DNA of 64,000 bases, taken from the NCBI RefSeq assembly GCF_009914755.1, contig NC_060931.1; one strand, 5' to 3'. Source of the DNA: the human T2T-CHM13v2.0 reference genome, Homo sapiens. Positions 16,307 through 33,190 of this stretch are shown one piece after another (the stretch's first letter is position 1; every line of letters starts with the position of its first letter). The notes under the pieces are model-generated. The model saw only the letters and a program-made list of their open reading frames with translations. It made no database searches and was not told the origin of the DNA. Made by a program: the position numbers and the translations under genes.

Positions 16307-17409
16307 TACTTCACATTTTTAGAACATTACTCCTGCTGCTATGTGAAGAATGGATTCTAGGCAGAGCAAGTGTAGAGGGAAGGAGAAGTATTGGGAAGTT
16401 ACTGCAATAGTACAAGTAAAGGAATGTGGCTTTGTCTGGGAAGCAGTCATAAAGATGGAGAAAAGCAAACGGAGTCAAGATATATCTTGGAAGAGTTGTT
16501 ACTGGAGTAATGGGGGTAAGTGAGTGGGGGGAGGGAGGATACCAAGGGAAAGGGAAGAACAAGTGTTAACTTGTAGATGTTGGAATTGAGCAACTCAATG
16601 GGGAAGAAGCAAGCCTGATGCAATGGGAGGAATAATGAGTTCCATTATGGCCATGTTAAGTTTGAGATGTCCTATTAAATGTCCATGGAGAGAGATTAAG
16701 TAGGCAGTTGGACACATGAGTTTGGAGTTTCAGGGACAAGTCAGGGTTGCAGATGAGATTTGTGCATCATTAGGATAGGGTGAATGATTCTCACAGTCAA
16801 TTCTAATTAAGACACTTCATCTTGAAGATAAATGCCACAGAAACCCTCTGATCCAATTCACCTAGGACCTGTAGTTGATTGATAAGCCAGACATCTCTTC
16901 TGTGCTACTTCAGGGCTGTCAGTCTCACTTGAATCCAGGGAGTTTGGTCACTTGCTTTGTACCCAGCTGCCAACCCAACAGCACTTACCTTTGTGCCCTT
17001 ATCCCACATCTGTCACATCCAACATCCAAGTTTTCCAGGGATCCTCCCTATTAATATACCAAAGACCTCCTGCTAAGGTAGCCCTGCTCAGCCCCCACCT
17101 AGTTACATTTGGGAAGTACAAGGAAATTCATGCCCTGTGGTGTGCATCTTTGAGGTATGATGGCAGCTGACAAATAAATTCTTCTCCCTTCTACCTCCAT
17201 ATGTACTGCCCTGAAAAAAAAAAAATGATCCCACAAGATTGAGAAGTCTGTCATTCTCAAATACAAGTGGTGACCAGTTGAATAATAACATATTTGTCTT
17301 TTCTCATTCTCTTCTCCCTCCTCACTCCCACTTTTCCCTCACCCTTCTCCCCGCGATTGCATTCAAAAGGCAGCAATCCACTCAGGGGTGCAAGCTGCTC
17401 TGCCACCTT

Positions 17410-19935
<2,526 letters not shown>

Positions 19936-20208
19936 CAGAGCTGATTTGAGTGATGCAAGGGGAGAATTTTATCAGTATCTCTTATGTGCCAGTTCAGATC
20001 TTGGCCTTCCCTCACCCCTGGGCCTTTGGCCGCTTGTTTCAGACATAGCTGCAACTGTAATGACCTCTGTGTGGCCTCTGACCGACTTCAGTCAAAGAAA
20101 ACCTGGTAATATCTTGCCCCATGCCTGTGCTGCACACTCCTACCACTTGCCTCAGTGCATTCCTATTGACACCAAGATATGATACAAACAGACCCACTTA
20201 GTGCCCAT

Positions 20209-20754
20209 TAGAGCCAGCTGCATGACTTTCAGGTCCTAGTACAAACTAAAAATGTGAAGTCATTTGTTCAAAAAGCAGGAAAAAGTTTTTGCCTTTCTTC
20301 CACAGTGTCTCTCTTGACCTCTCGTGGTCTATTTTATTTTCTATTTAGTGTTGCACTCTCTGGAGCACAGGATGAGTGCAAACACTCCCAGGAGTCAAGG
20401 AACCCTCCCCATGACTGAGCATACACAACACAGCCCTCCCAATGCTGGAGTCCTCATCCCCACAGAGGAAGAGGGCTGACGCAGTAGGAGTAAGGGAGCA
20501 GGCTGCTGAGAACACACCCTCCTGAAAGGCAGGGAGAAGCGGGGGAGACAGGAATACCTGTGAGCCCAGGCTCCAACCCACCAGCGCATACTTTCTTCTC
20601 CCTCAGACTTCACTTACAAAACACAAATTCAGAGATAAAATTATTAAGAATTTCAAAACAGTGACTGCAAAGCATTAAACCCCAAGAGTGGGACCTCTTC
20701 TGATCCCAGGGCCCCATATGACTGCACAGGCCAGCACCCATGAAGCTGGCACTG
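20209..20754 (-). mobile_element. MER45-family hAT-Tip100 DNA transposon
   Basis: Terminus CCCATGAAGCTGGCACTG; degenerate 8-bp TSD GTGCCCAT/GTCCTCAT. Confidence 0.7.
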
Positions 20755-20910
20755 GTCCTCATGCATGCCCAACTGTGAGTGTAAGGGAATTAATGCCCCA
20801 TGGAGCAAACTTTTAACCAACGGGAGATGGATGTCTGCAAGTAAATGCTTCTTTGTTCTTACTGTATGTGCCATCCTAAGAAGCACTCATTTACGTAGCC
20901 TCTTGGAAAC

Positions 20911-23184
20911 TGTATTAGTCCATTTTCACACTGCTGTAAAGAACTTCCTTTAGACTCAGTAATTTATAAAGGAAAGAGGTTTAATTGACTTAAATTTCCA
21001 CATAGATGAAAAGGCCTCAGGAAACTTACAATCATGGTGGAAGGGGAAGCAGGCACCTTCTTCACAGGGCAGCAGGAAGGACAGCAACAAAGGAGGAACT
21101 TCCAAACACTTATAAAACCATCAGATCTTGTAAGAACTCACTATCACAAGAACAGTATGGGGAAAACTGCCTCCATGATCCAATTACCTCCCACCAGTTC
21201 CCTCTCTCTACACCTGGAGATTACAATTTGGATTACAATTCAAGATGAGATTTGGGTGGGGACACAGAGCCAAACCATCTCATTCTGCCCCTGTCCCCTC
21301 CCAAATCTCACCTCCATTTCACATTTCAAAAATCAATCATGCCTTCCCAACAGTCCTCCAAAGTTATAACTCATTCCAGCATTAACCCAAAACTCCAAGT
21401 CCAAAGTCTCATCTGAGACAAGGCAAGTCCCTTCGACCTATGAGCCTGTAAAATCAAAAGCAAGTTAGTTACTTCCAAGATACAATGGGGGTACAGGAAT
21501 TGGATAAATGCTCCCATTCTAAGTGGGAGAAATTGGCCAAAACAAAGGGGCTACAGGCCCCATGCGAGTACAAAATCAGTGGGGCAGTCATTACATCTTA
21601 AAGCTCCAAAATAATCTCCTTTGACTCCATATCTCACATCCAGGACATGCTGATTCAAAGGGTGGATTCCCACAGCCTTGGACAGCTCCACCCCTGTTGC
21701 TTCCTGTGACTTTTCAGGGTTCAGCTCCTGCAGCTGTTCTCACAGGATGGCATTGAGTGCCTGCAGCTTTTCCAGGTGCATGGTGCAAGCTGTCCATGGA
21801 TCTACCATTCTGGGATCTGAGGATGGTGGCCCTCTTCTCACAGCTCCACTAGGCAGTGCCCCAGTGGGGACTCAGTGTGGGGCTTCAAACCCACATTTTC
21901 CTTCAACAATGCCCTAGCAGAGGTTCTTCATGATGGCTCTGCCCCTGAAGCAGACTTCCTGGACATCCAGGCATTTCCATACATCCTCTGAAATCTAGGT
22001 AGAGATTTCCAATCCTCAATTCTTGACTTCTGTGCACCTGTAGGCCCAATGCCACATGGAAGCCACCACGGCTTGGGGCTTGCACCTTCTGATGCAATGG
22101 CCTGAGCTGTATCTTGGCCCCTTTTAACCACATCTGGAGCTGGAGCATCTGGAACACAGGGCACCAAGTACTGAAGATACACACAGTGGCAGGGCCCTGG
22201 GCCTAGCCCATGAAACCATTTTTTCCTCCTAGGCCTCTGGGTCTGTGATGGGAGGGGCTGCTGCCAAGATTTTTGACATGCCCTGGAGAAATTTTCCCCA
22301 TTATCTTGGTTATTAACATTTGTTTCCTTCTTACTTATACAAATTTACGCAGCCAGCTTGAATTTCTCCCCAGAAAATGGGTTTTTCTTTTCTATTGTAT
22401 CATCAGGCTGAAAATTTTCCAAACTTTTATGCTCTGCTTCCCTTTTAAATATAAGCTCCAGTTTCAGATCATCTCTCTCAAGTTCAAAGTTCCACAGATC
22501 TCTAGGGCAAGGGCAAAATGCCACCAGTCTCTTTGTGAAAGCATAGCAAGACTGACCTTTGCTCTAGCTCCCAAGAAGTTCCTCATCTCCATCTGAGACC
22601 ATCTCAGCCTGGACTTCATTGTCCATATACTATCAGCATTTTGGTCAAAATGATCAACAAGTCTCTAGGAAGCTCCAAACTCTCCCACATTTTCCCGTCT
22701 TCTTCTAAGCCCTCCAAGCTGTTCCAGCATCTGCCTGTTACCCAGTCCAAAGTCTCTTCCACATTTTCAAGTATCTTTATAGCAGTACCCCACTCTCTGA
22801 CATACCAATTTACTGTATTAGTCTGTTTTCACACTGCTATAAAGAACTTCCCTGAGACTGGGTGATTTATAAAGGAAAGAGGTTTAATTGACTCACAATT
22901 CCACATGGCTGGGGAGGCCTCAGGAAACTTACAATCATGGCAGAAGGGGAAGCAGGCACCTTCTTCACAAGGGGGCAGGAGAGACAGCAATGAAGGAGGA
23001 ACTTCCAAACACTTATAAAACCATCAGATCTCATGAGAACTCACTGTTATGAGAACAGTATGGGGAAAACCACCCTCATGATCCCATCACCTCCCACCAG
23101 GTTCCTCCCTCTACACCTGGGGATTATAATTCAGATTACATTCAAGATGAGATTTGGCTGGGGAGACAGAGCCAAACCACATCA
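20911..23184 (-). mobile_element. Full-length MSTA/THE1D-type MaLR (LTR 22814-23184, internal, LTR 20911-21282)
   Basis: Two homologous ~370-bp LTRs around ~1.5 kb of internal sequence; 5-bp TSD GAAAC on both sides. Confidence 0.92.
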
Positions 23185-23557
23185 GAAACAGTTGTACAAG
23201 ATCAGTAAATCAGTCATGTGAATCTAAGTGCAGTCCAGAGCAATTCAGCATTCTCATGTTAGCTCTCCCTCCCCTTTTCTTCATTCTGTTTAAATAGCAT
23301 TCCTCATTAAAGTAATAGCACATAAGCCATTTTCATATGCTCTGCATTTTTATTATAGTAACCCAGGCTAAGCAATCAGTTAACTGAAAAAGTAAGGAAG
23401 CAAAGAACACACCAGGCATATTTTAATTTAAACATTTTATTTTAACTTAGAATGTTAATTTAAAATGTTTAAGTATGCACTCATTTGCCAACTTTCCAAA
23501 GGGGTTTTTTTAAAGATTGGATCCACTGATTAAAGTTCTATATTGTCTTTATTGACT

Positions 23558-23672
23558 AAATCATATCATTCTGCCCCTGGCCCCTCCCAAATCTCATCTC
23601 CATTTCACATTTCAAAAATCAATCATGCCTTCTCAACAGTCCACCAAAGTTTTAACTCATTCCAGCATTAAC
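23558..23672 (-). repeat. Orphan 115-bp copy of 21272-21386 (MaLR internal/LTR junction)
   Basis: Ungapped alignment by eye, 7 mismatches. Confidence 0.9.
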
Positions 23673-25336
23673 ACATCATTTACAATTTATAGACTTAATT
23701 TATTTAAAGTAAAACAATAAATTAAAGTCTCTTTTTAAAGCAACTTGAGTGTATAATTGCTTTAGATATAGATATATAGATATATCTAGATAGATAGATA
23801 GATATTTATTCTGATATTTAACAGTGGCCCTACCAATCTCACTTGGTAGCTTTATTTTAATGAATACCTACATTAAGTTGTTACAAAGTATTTGATTTAG
23901 TTTTCATAGAAACAAATATTTTTTCAACTAAATTCTCATAGATGAATGTAGTATTTAGTTAAATTACACAATGACAATCAGAAATACAATACACATAATC
24001 AGTGTAAGAACAAATACAATTGCTTCCTATTAACATTCAGCTCTGCTGATAAAAACCAAAGGCTATGGTGTCCTAGATCAGTAGTTCCCCAAGTATGTCC
24101 CCAGACCAGCAGCATCAAAGTCCTGAGAACTTATCAGAAATGTCAAGTTCTCAGGCCCCACTCCAGACTCACAGAATCAGAAAATCTCGAGGTAATTCTG
24201 ATGCACATGTAAATCGAGATCCACTGTCCTAGAGAACAGTTTAATAGCTGGGAGTATGCATGTGATGGCCATGATTAGCACACTTTACTAAGGAGATGGA
24301 GAGTCTGTTAATTTAACTAGTTTATTGAAGATCAGTTAAAAAAAAAAAAAACCACTGTGTTTTAGTTAGCATTAGTTTTGGTTCCATATAATTAAAAAAA
24401 CTACAGTAGCTTATATGAATATAGTTAACACTGCTGAACTGTATACTTAAAATGGTTAAGATGGTAAATTTTATATTATTTTTACTACAAAAAATAAATT
24501 TAATAAAATTAAAAATTTTAATTAAAAAACAGTGGCTGAAACAAATTAGAAATTTATTTATCTTACATCAAAGAAATCCACAAGTAGACAGTCCATGACT
24601 TGTAAGGCACTCCACTAAGTGACCAAGGACCCAGGAACCTTCCAGCTGACTCTCCACCATCCCTCATATGGGGCCCTCATCCTCATGGTCCAAAACAGCT
24701 ACTAGAGCTTCAGCCACTGCATCTACATCCCAGGCAAGAGAAGAGAGCAAAAGAAAAAACAGAGGTACCCCCTCCCTTAAAAAGAGGCTTCACAGAAATC
24801 CCATACAACACTTTGTTGCAATATCTCATTGTCTAGTAGTCACTTGGTAATGCAAAGGAGCATGGCAAATGCCTTCTGGCTTGAGGCAGCAGTATGCCCA
24901 CTTAAATCCTGAGATGCTATTGCTAAGGGAGAAGAGGTGAATAAATACTGGGAAATAATTAGCAGACTCTATCACATATTGTAATTGTAAAATTATACTG
25001 GCTGTTACCCAATCCTAAAATGAAGAACTCTCTCGTGTAAACATTTCTAGACATTGCTGTAGGAAAAATACACACAGATTCAGCTTTTTTAAAAATTCAT
25101 TAGATTTTTTTAAATGAAAGTGGGAAGAAAAATACCCTTTGCTGAGACCTGTTACATGCTGATCATTGTGCTTTGCATCTGTCCATCACTGATTGTCCAT
25201 CACCAGGTTTGATGGGAAGTCTAACTTACTTTCTGTGATAAGTAGGATGGGCTAGATTTGATGCAGTAAAAAGAAAACTCACTGGTTACTTGTTAGGAGA
25301 GAGATAAGAAGGAAGGGGAATCTTCCCCAGGGTCCC

Positions 25337-25717
25337 TGTCTTAGTTTAGGCTGCAATAACAGAATACCATAGCCTAGGTGGCTTAAACAACAAACAAGTA
25401 TTGCTCACAATTCTGGAAGCTAGAAGACCAAGATCAAGGTGCCAGCAGATCTAATGTCTGGTGAGGGCTCTCTTCCTGGTTTAGAGATGGCTGACTTCTT
25501 GTTGTATCCCCACACAGCAGGGAAAAAGGTGGGGGGGTTGAAGAAGCCAGATGTCTTGTGACTCTTCTTATAAGGGCACTACTCCCATTCATGAAGGCTC
25601 CACCCTCATGACCTAATTACCTCCTAAAGGCTCTACCTCCTCATACCATCATATTGAGTGTTAGGATTTCAACGTATGAATTTAAGGTGGGGAAACACAA
25701 ACATTCAGTCCATAACA
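25337..25717 (-). mobile_element. MLT1A/MST-like MaLR solo LTR
   Basis: TGTCTTAGT...CAGTCCATAACA termini. Confidence 0.8.
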
Positions 25718-26787
25718 GTTCCTATAAGTCAAAGCAAAAGATATAACCATGCCTAACTTCAGGCAGGTGACCAAGTGCCCAAGGAGAACTGGAAACATTG
25801 ATGACTAGTAGCCCAGGCTCATTGAGGCCAGAAACAATGTCTTATTAACTTGGTATCTATCATCTATCCCACATCCTCACAGATCTGAGGGTTCCAGTAA
25901 ATGTTGAATTGTTTGCTCAATGGAAGTTTAAAAATCCCCTCAAATTATCTTATCAAATCAATCATCTTTCTAGGACCACCCTCCAACCCCACCAAAATTA
26001 GCTTATGCAACATTTATTTCTAGAATTCATCCAGGCAGTGAAAAAATTAAAACTTGCTGAAAATTAGATTCTGCCCAACTCCATCACCTGCTACCATCCG
26101 GGGGAAGGACTTTCCAAAACAGACCAAGCACCAGCCCTCTAGTGGAAGAAACACTTATTTTGGCTTTTGTGCTGCAGTCCAATTTGATGTGTCAAAATTC
26201 TGTCTTTCATCTGCCCTTCTACAAAACAAAACAGTAATAACAAATGTTGTTATGGGAATTAAATTTTTCAGATGATTAGGTTATATAGCAGGATAATCAC
26301 TTCTGCTTTAATGAAGAATAAAGTATATGACACTGCTGGCATTGTTATTAGAGATTGTCAAATAAATAATTTAAGATGCACTGTTTATGTAAGTCCCTAA
26401 TTACTTCTGGGATTTGTACAGTAAGGTAGAGTTAATGGTCTTCTCTGTCATTTCCCTTCTAATTGCATAAAATAAATAAGGCGCTCTGTTAAAGAAAAAT
26501 GGGTAACTAAATCATGATGAGTCAAAACCCACCTAATTAAGACATGAATGCCAGAATTGAGCCCAAAGCTGCTCATGGGCACACTTCAAATCATTACTGG
26601 ATACCTCAGAAACAAACTGTGCTTAATATACCAGGGGAAATAGCCAGTGTTATCCATCTGACTATCTTCATCAGTACATTCCTGAGCCTCTAATGTCAGA
26701 ACCTCAACATATTTAGCAATGAAATGCTGGAATTAGATAACTTTACACCATATATGGAAATAAATTGTATTATGTGGGTTTCCATCC

Positions 26788-27328
26788 AGTTACAGGAAAA
26801 AGGGGTCTTGATCCAGACTCTAAGAGAGGGTTCTTGGATCTCACACAGGAAGAAATTCAAGGCGAGTTTCAGAGCACAGTGAAAGAAGCAAATTTATTAG
26901 AAACTACTCCATTGCAGAGTAGGGCATCTCCAGAAAGCAGGCCAAGGAACACATCATCTCTGTTTTAAGTTTTTCTTATATGGGGGTCTTGTCTATGTAC
27001 AGACTAAACTAAGCTGTGACTACATGCAGGTGAGCAGAGAGCATAACAAAATGTATTATTACACTGATTTAAAGAAAACTATCTTTGACATTTCACTGGG
27101 TGAGTACATCAAAGCATAAATATAATTATCTTGAAAGCATATATTGTTATGGGTATTAGGACATCTGGACTTTCTGTTGTAGGAATGTGTCCTTGTAGGT
27201 TTTCTCAACTATAAACATCTTAGGACCATTGGTGATGACTGGCAAGGAATGTGTCTTGCTAGTTTCAAGATGACCCTGAACTTAAAATCTTGTCACTCTG
27301 GCTCTCCTAGGCTCTTGCTTCCCTAATG
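26788..27328 (-). mobile_element. MER41-family ERV1 solo LTR
   Basis: GATCCAGAC..AAGAGAGGGTTCTTGGATCTC end motif; 4-bp TSD ATCC. Confidence 0.8.
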
Positions 27329-27391
27329 ATCCCACCACTCAACTCTCCAGCTCAATTCTGGATCCATAAACACTCTAAAAAAGAACAACTG

Positions 27392-27831
<440 letters not shown>

Positions 27832-28176
27832 TCAGATAAGATGTTCTAGGTTCATCCACCTGCTGGTATGTACCAAAAGCAAGGCTAGGAATGTGTCATT
27901 ACAGACAGGACGGGCAGAACCTAGCTGCACGGTTGAGGAGGGGACAGGAAAAGACTGCTTTTTCATCAGAGGACTTCAAAGGGCTCAGCCTGGCCTGAGG
28001 GTGAAACAAGGTGGCCAAAAAGAGTGGCTCCTACTTCAGGTCTGAGAATCAAAAAGGAGAGTGATGAAAGGATCTGGAAGGAGCTGTGAAATGTGTTACA
28101 CTTTGACCTCAATTTCCTCAACTGTGTATATTTTGTGTCCTAAAATCCCCTTGTATCATATCGAAAGTCTATACAG

Positions 28177-28786
28177 AAAACTAGATCAACCATTGTGGAA
28201 GACAGTGTGGCGATTCCTCAAGGACCTAGAACTAGAAATACCATTTGACCTAGCTATCCCATTACTGGGCATATACCCAAAGGATTATAAATCACGCTGC
28301 TATAAAGACACATGCACACGTATGTTTATTGTGGCACTATTCACAATAACAAAGACTTGGAACCAACCCAAATGTCCATCAATGATAGACTGGATTAAGA
28401 AAATGTGGCACATACACACCATGGAATACTATGCAGCCATAAAAAAGGATGAGTTCATGTCCTTTTTAGGGACATGGATGAAGCTGGAAACCATCATTCT
28501 CAGCAAACTATCGCAAGGACAGAAAACCAAACACCACAGGTTCTCACTCATAGGTAGGAATTGAACAATGAGAACATTTGGACACATGGTGGGGAATGTC
28601 ACACACTGGGGCCTGCTGTGGGATGGGGGGAGGGGGGAGGGATAGCATTAGGAGATATACCTAATGTAAATGACGAGTTAACGGGTGCAGCACACCAACA
28701 TGGCACATGTATACATATGTAACAAACCTGCACGTTGTGCACAGGTACCCTAGAACTTGAAGTATAATGATAAAAATTAAAAAAAA
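28177..28786 (+). mobile_element. 5'-truncated primate L1PA
   Basis: ORF2 C-terminus (QPLWKTVWRFLKDLE...), 3' UTR G-tract, A-tail; TSD GAAAGT(C/T)T(A/G)TACAG. Confidence 0.93.
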
Positions 28787-29757
28787 GAAAGTTTGTACAG
28801 ATAAGCTTTGATAGTCTATTAATTGGGTAATTCCTGCACTGCCACCAACCATAATTCTTTGTGTGGTTTGGGGGTTTTGTTCTTTTTTACTTTCTCCAAA
28901 ACTGCCCAATATCCATCTTTTTAATCTTAATTAAAAACTGTGCATGAATTCATTCTGAAAGAGGGGAGTCTATAATTCCAGCCAAGGGAAGAGTAAAATT
29001 GGTAAATGGCTTGGAACACACTGAGTCTGAAGTGCCTGGCACTCCTAGATGGAGACATTGCATTGACTCCATGAAAATGAAGCTTAAAAGATCTGAACTG
29101 GAGCAGAGATTTGGGAGTCATGTGGTGGATGGCAATTAAAGCAAGGACAATGGATGCTTACCCAAGAGAGCTGTCAAAAGAAGACCAAAGACAGAACTCA
29201 GGCAAACACACGTTTCTTAGCAAGGTCGAGGAAGAAGAGGCAATTAAGTCATACACATAAGAGGAGAAGTTACAGGAGAAAGAAGAAAGAGGTATTGCTG
29301 CCTATAAGAAAAGTTTCCAGAAGGACTTGTTAATAGTGTCAGAGGCCATGGGGATCCAATGGGTCAAGAATCTGAAGGAGAGGTGCTTCTGTGTGGAGGT
29401 GCAGGAGAGGTAACTCTAGAGAAGAAAAAGTGGACACAAACCATGGAACCATGAGGCAGTCTTTGCTGGAGGAATCTATACCTTTTAGTTCCTTCAGATA
29501 ACAGCACAAGGGTTTCACAAAGAAATTCCCCTTGGGAGAGCCTTCACTGTAGGAAGTGGAAGGAAGGAAGGAGTAACCTATTTTATTACCTATACTAATT
29601 ACTCATTGATTTTTGGACCATATCAGCACCCACAAGTATGAGGCACAAGCTCTAGGCCTTAGATCTTCCAGGGAATGGGAATGCCCATAACCCCTGGCTC
29701 TCAAAAGGACATATATAGCTAAGTACCCCATACCCTTCCAGCATTGTCCTCATCAAA

Positions 29758-30200
29758 TGTATTAGTTTCCCAGGGCTGCCACAACAAAGTACCAGAACTA
29801 GGTGTCTTAAAACAACAGAAATTCATTCTCACAAAATTCTGGAGGTTAGAAATCCAAGATCAAGAAGTTGGCAGAGCCATGCTCCCTCTAAAGGCATAGG
29901 GAGGCTTCTTCCTAGCACTGGTAGCTCCCAGCTATCCTTGATGTTCCTTGACTCATAGCTGCATAACTCTAACCTCTGCATCACTCCAACGTCTACCTCT
30001 GTCTTCACATGGCTTTCTTCCCTGTCAATGTCCATGTCCTCTCCTCTTATAAGGACAGCAGTCATTGGATTAAGGTCCATTCTGATCCAGTATGACCTCA
30101 TCTTAACTAATTATATCTGCAAGACCCTAATTCCAAAAAAGGTCACATTCTGAGGTCTTGGTAGACACGAATGTTGGGGGACACGATTCAACCTGCTAGA
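29758..30200 (-). mobile_element. MLT1C-like MaLR LTR
   Basis: TGTATTAGTTTCC start and typical MLT1 body. Confidence 0.8.
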
Positions 30201-32159
30201 CTGAATGTGTAAGCACCTCCTGGGAAAACCAGTCACAGCTTGAAGAGTAGGACTGGCTGCCAAGTCATCTCCTTCCACCTCTTCAATCCCTCTTTTTTCT
30301 CATCAATGCCCCCTGTTAGGCCAGGGAATAGTTCCAGAAGCATCTTGTTCGGCCTGGCTGCCTGTCTTTAACAGTGTGTCATGGGAAGTGTGCTACCCAT
30401 TGTGCTCAGAATCACAGTCCTGGGACTCAGGGCCCCAGAATTCACTCCTGATTGACTCAGTTGCTCTGGCTTGTATAGCCTTAGCTCCTGCTCATTTTCA
30501 GACTAACTCTCATATTTGACAGTAGTGTGGGTACACCTTCAGTTCCTAACATTTGGCTGTGTGTTCTGGATGCAAAACTTACCTCGACTTTCTGAGATGA
30601 TGTCTTCATGGATCAATCATTCCCTAACAGCTATGTGGACGTGGGCCAGGTTGACTGCAGGCTCACTCATTGCCATTCAGTGTCCTTAAGGGCTTCACTC
30701 ACTCTAGAACCAGAATGTGCACTTCTGCTCCATCACTTCCATCTTTCTAGCCACCCACCCAGGACTTTAAAACTCTATTCTTTCTGGACAGATAAATATA
30801 ATCTCTCCAGAAAGCACTCACGATACAAGTGATGTCTGATTATCACCCGTCAAGAAAGTCATATTGAATGACACTCATCTTTTAAACAGTCCAGCCAGGG
30901 CAGAGATGAATGCTATGATATGGGTGAGGACATTCTTTTTGTTGAGGACAAGGGAGTTAATGAAGTTCTTATTTTATATTTTAGAATAATTTTAGATTTA
31001 CAGGAAAAACTCAAAGACAATGCACACAGTGCCCATATACCCAAGCCCAGCTTTCCTCATGATGAACGTCTTACAATAGTATAGCACATTGTCACAACTA
31101 ATGTTGATAACATTATTATTAATTGAAGTCCATACTTTACTCATATAAATATCCAGCCCTGAAATATCATTAGTTTTTACCCAATGTCCTTTTTCTGTCC
31201 TCTGATACTATAATACGTTTAGTCATCACGTCTCCTTGGGCCTCTCTTAGCTGGAACAGTTGGGACACTATCTTTTACAATGTCTCTGCCATCTCAGACT
31301 CAACCTCCATGCATCTCCACACCACCTAGACCCCAGGAACCCATGAGCACAGGGAGGAAGGTCATAGAGGAAAATAAGTCACTCAGGGTGATGCATGGAG
31401 CCTGATCCAAACTACAGTTTCTAAAGGCCTCCTAGAACTAGTGAAATAAATTTTACAATGGTGTTAAGAGTTGTATCTTGTCCTGTAAGAAATAGTACTT
31501 TGGTTTCTACAGCACAAGATGAGAAACAGGAAACATATCAAGAAAAAGCCACATGGCTGGGAAGGAGACATCAGAATATGTGTTAATGAGGAACTGCTCT
31601 ATCAAAGGGGACAGAGAGAAGGCAGACAGTTGGAGGGCCCTGGGTGCAGGCCAGCCAGGGAACAAGGACAGACACTACTAGCTCTCCACTGTGGAGATTA
31701 GGAACACAGTTAGCTTTGAGCATTCCCCGCCCCAAGATTCCTCACCCTCCAAACAGATGCGTAAACTGTGTGGCAAGCTCACGGGGCCTGGCATCCCAAG
31801 GGCATTTGCTCCCCAGGTCCAGAGATGCCTCTCATGTGGGAACGCCCTTAAGAGTAAGGGGCATGAATCCTATTCCATTCTCTATTTTCATCAGCACATT
31901 CTCCATTTTCTCTGCATAAGGAATAGAACTGCCAACTCTCTCCTTGTCTGGGGTCAGAGTCAGTTTCACATAGTAAACATTCTGCTGATTGTAGTAGGGG
32001 TGTAGGAGAGGGAAAGAAATACATGGGAAAAAAAGGGACCACTCTGAGATCTGAAGAAAGAACCCAAGGAGCAAAAAACTAATCGGAGACACTTTTCTAA
32101 TCTCTCCTTCATGTCCTCTAATTACTTATCACTATTTTTGTCTCCCTGATCCTTTTGGT

Positions 32160-33190
32160 ATTTTTTAGTAATTTCATGGAGATATAATTCACATACAAAA
32201 CAATTCACCCATTTAAAGTGTACAATTAAATTAAAAACCATTTAATTGTAGATATTTAGGGTTCCTATTACATCTACAAAGTTGTGCAATCATCACCACT
32301 GATATGGTTTGACTGTGTCCCCACCCAAATCTCATCTTGAATTGTAGCTCCCATATTTCCCATGTGTCATGGGAGGAATTCAGTGGGAGGTAACTGAATC
32401 ATGGGGACGGGTCTTTCCCATGCTGTTCTCATGATAGTGAATAAGTTTCTTGAGATCTGATGATTTTATAAAGGGGAGTTTCCCTCCACATGCTCTCTGG
32501 CCTGCCACCATGTAAGATGTGCTTTTGCTCCTCCTTTGCCTTCCACCATGATTGTGAGGCCTCCCCAGCCATGTAGAACTGTGAGTCCATTAAACCTCTT
32601 TTTCTTTATAAATTACCCAGTCTTGGGTATGTCTTTATTAGCAACGTGAGAACAGACTAACAACAACCACCATCTAATATCAGAACTTTGTCATCACCCC
32701 CAAAATAAACCCTGTACCCATTAGCAGTTATTCCCAATTCTCCCTTCCCCAATTCCCAGGCCCTAGTATCCATTAATCTGCTTTCTATCTCTATGGTTTT
32801 GCCTATTCTGGACATTTCATACAAATTGAATCATATAATATGTGGCCTTTAATGACTGACTTTTTTCACTTAGTATAGTGTTTTCAACTTTCATCCATGT
32901 TGTACCATGTATCAATACTTTATTACTTTTTATGGTTGAATAATATTTTATTGTATGGATATACCACATTTTGCTTATCCATTGATCAGTTGATGGGCAT
33001 TTGGGTTGTTTCTACTTTTTGGATTTTATGAATAATTCTACTATGAACATTCATGTACAAGTTTTTGTGTGGACATACATTTTCAATTCTCTTGGATATA
33101 TACCTAGGAGTAGAATTGCTGGGTCACATAGTAACTCTATATTTAACTTTTTGAGGAACTGCCAAACTGTTTTCCAAAGTAGCTGCACCA
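32160..33190 (-). mobile_element. L1MB-like 3' end, antisense, interrupted by THE1
   Basis: Reverse-complement L1M 3' region contiguous across the THE1. Confidence 0.8.
32300..32665 (+). mobile_element. THE1 solo LTR
   Basis: TGATATGG start; TSD ACCAC. Confidence 0.92.

Larger units (their letters stand above)
19940..23373 (+). mobile_element. ERVL 3' LTR split by nested MER45 and MST insertions
   Basis: Follows the PPT; pieces at ~19940-20208, 20755-20910, 23185-23373; ends AACCCAGGCTAAGCA, typical of ERVL LTRs. Confidence 0.55.

Noticed and set aside
26788-27328. MER41 as an interferon-inducible STAT1 enhancer
   Set aside because: I did not see the tandem GAS (TTCNNNGAA) sites typical of MER41B; it appears to be another subfamily.
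28061-28564. 167-aa ORF
   Set aside because: Chance fusion of flank with a truncated L1 ORF2 end.
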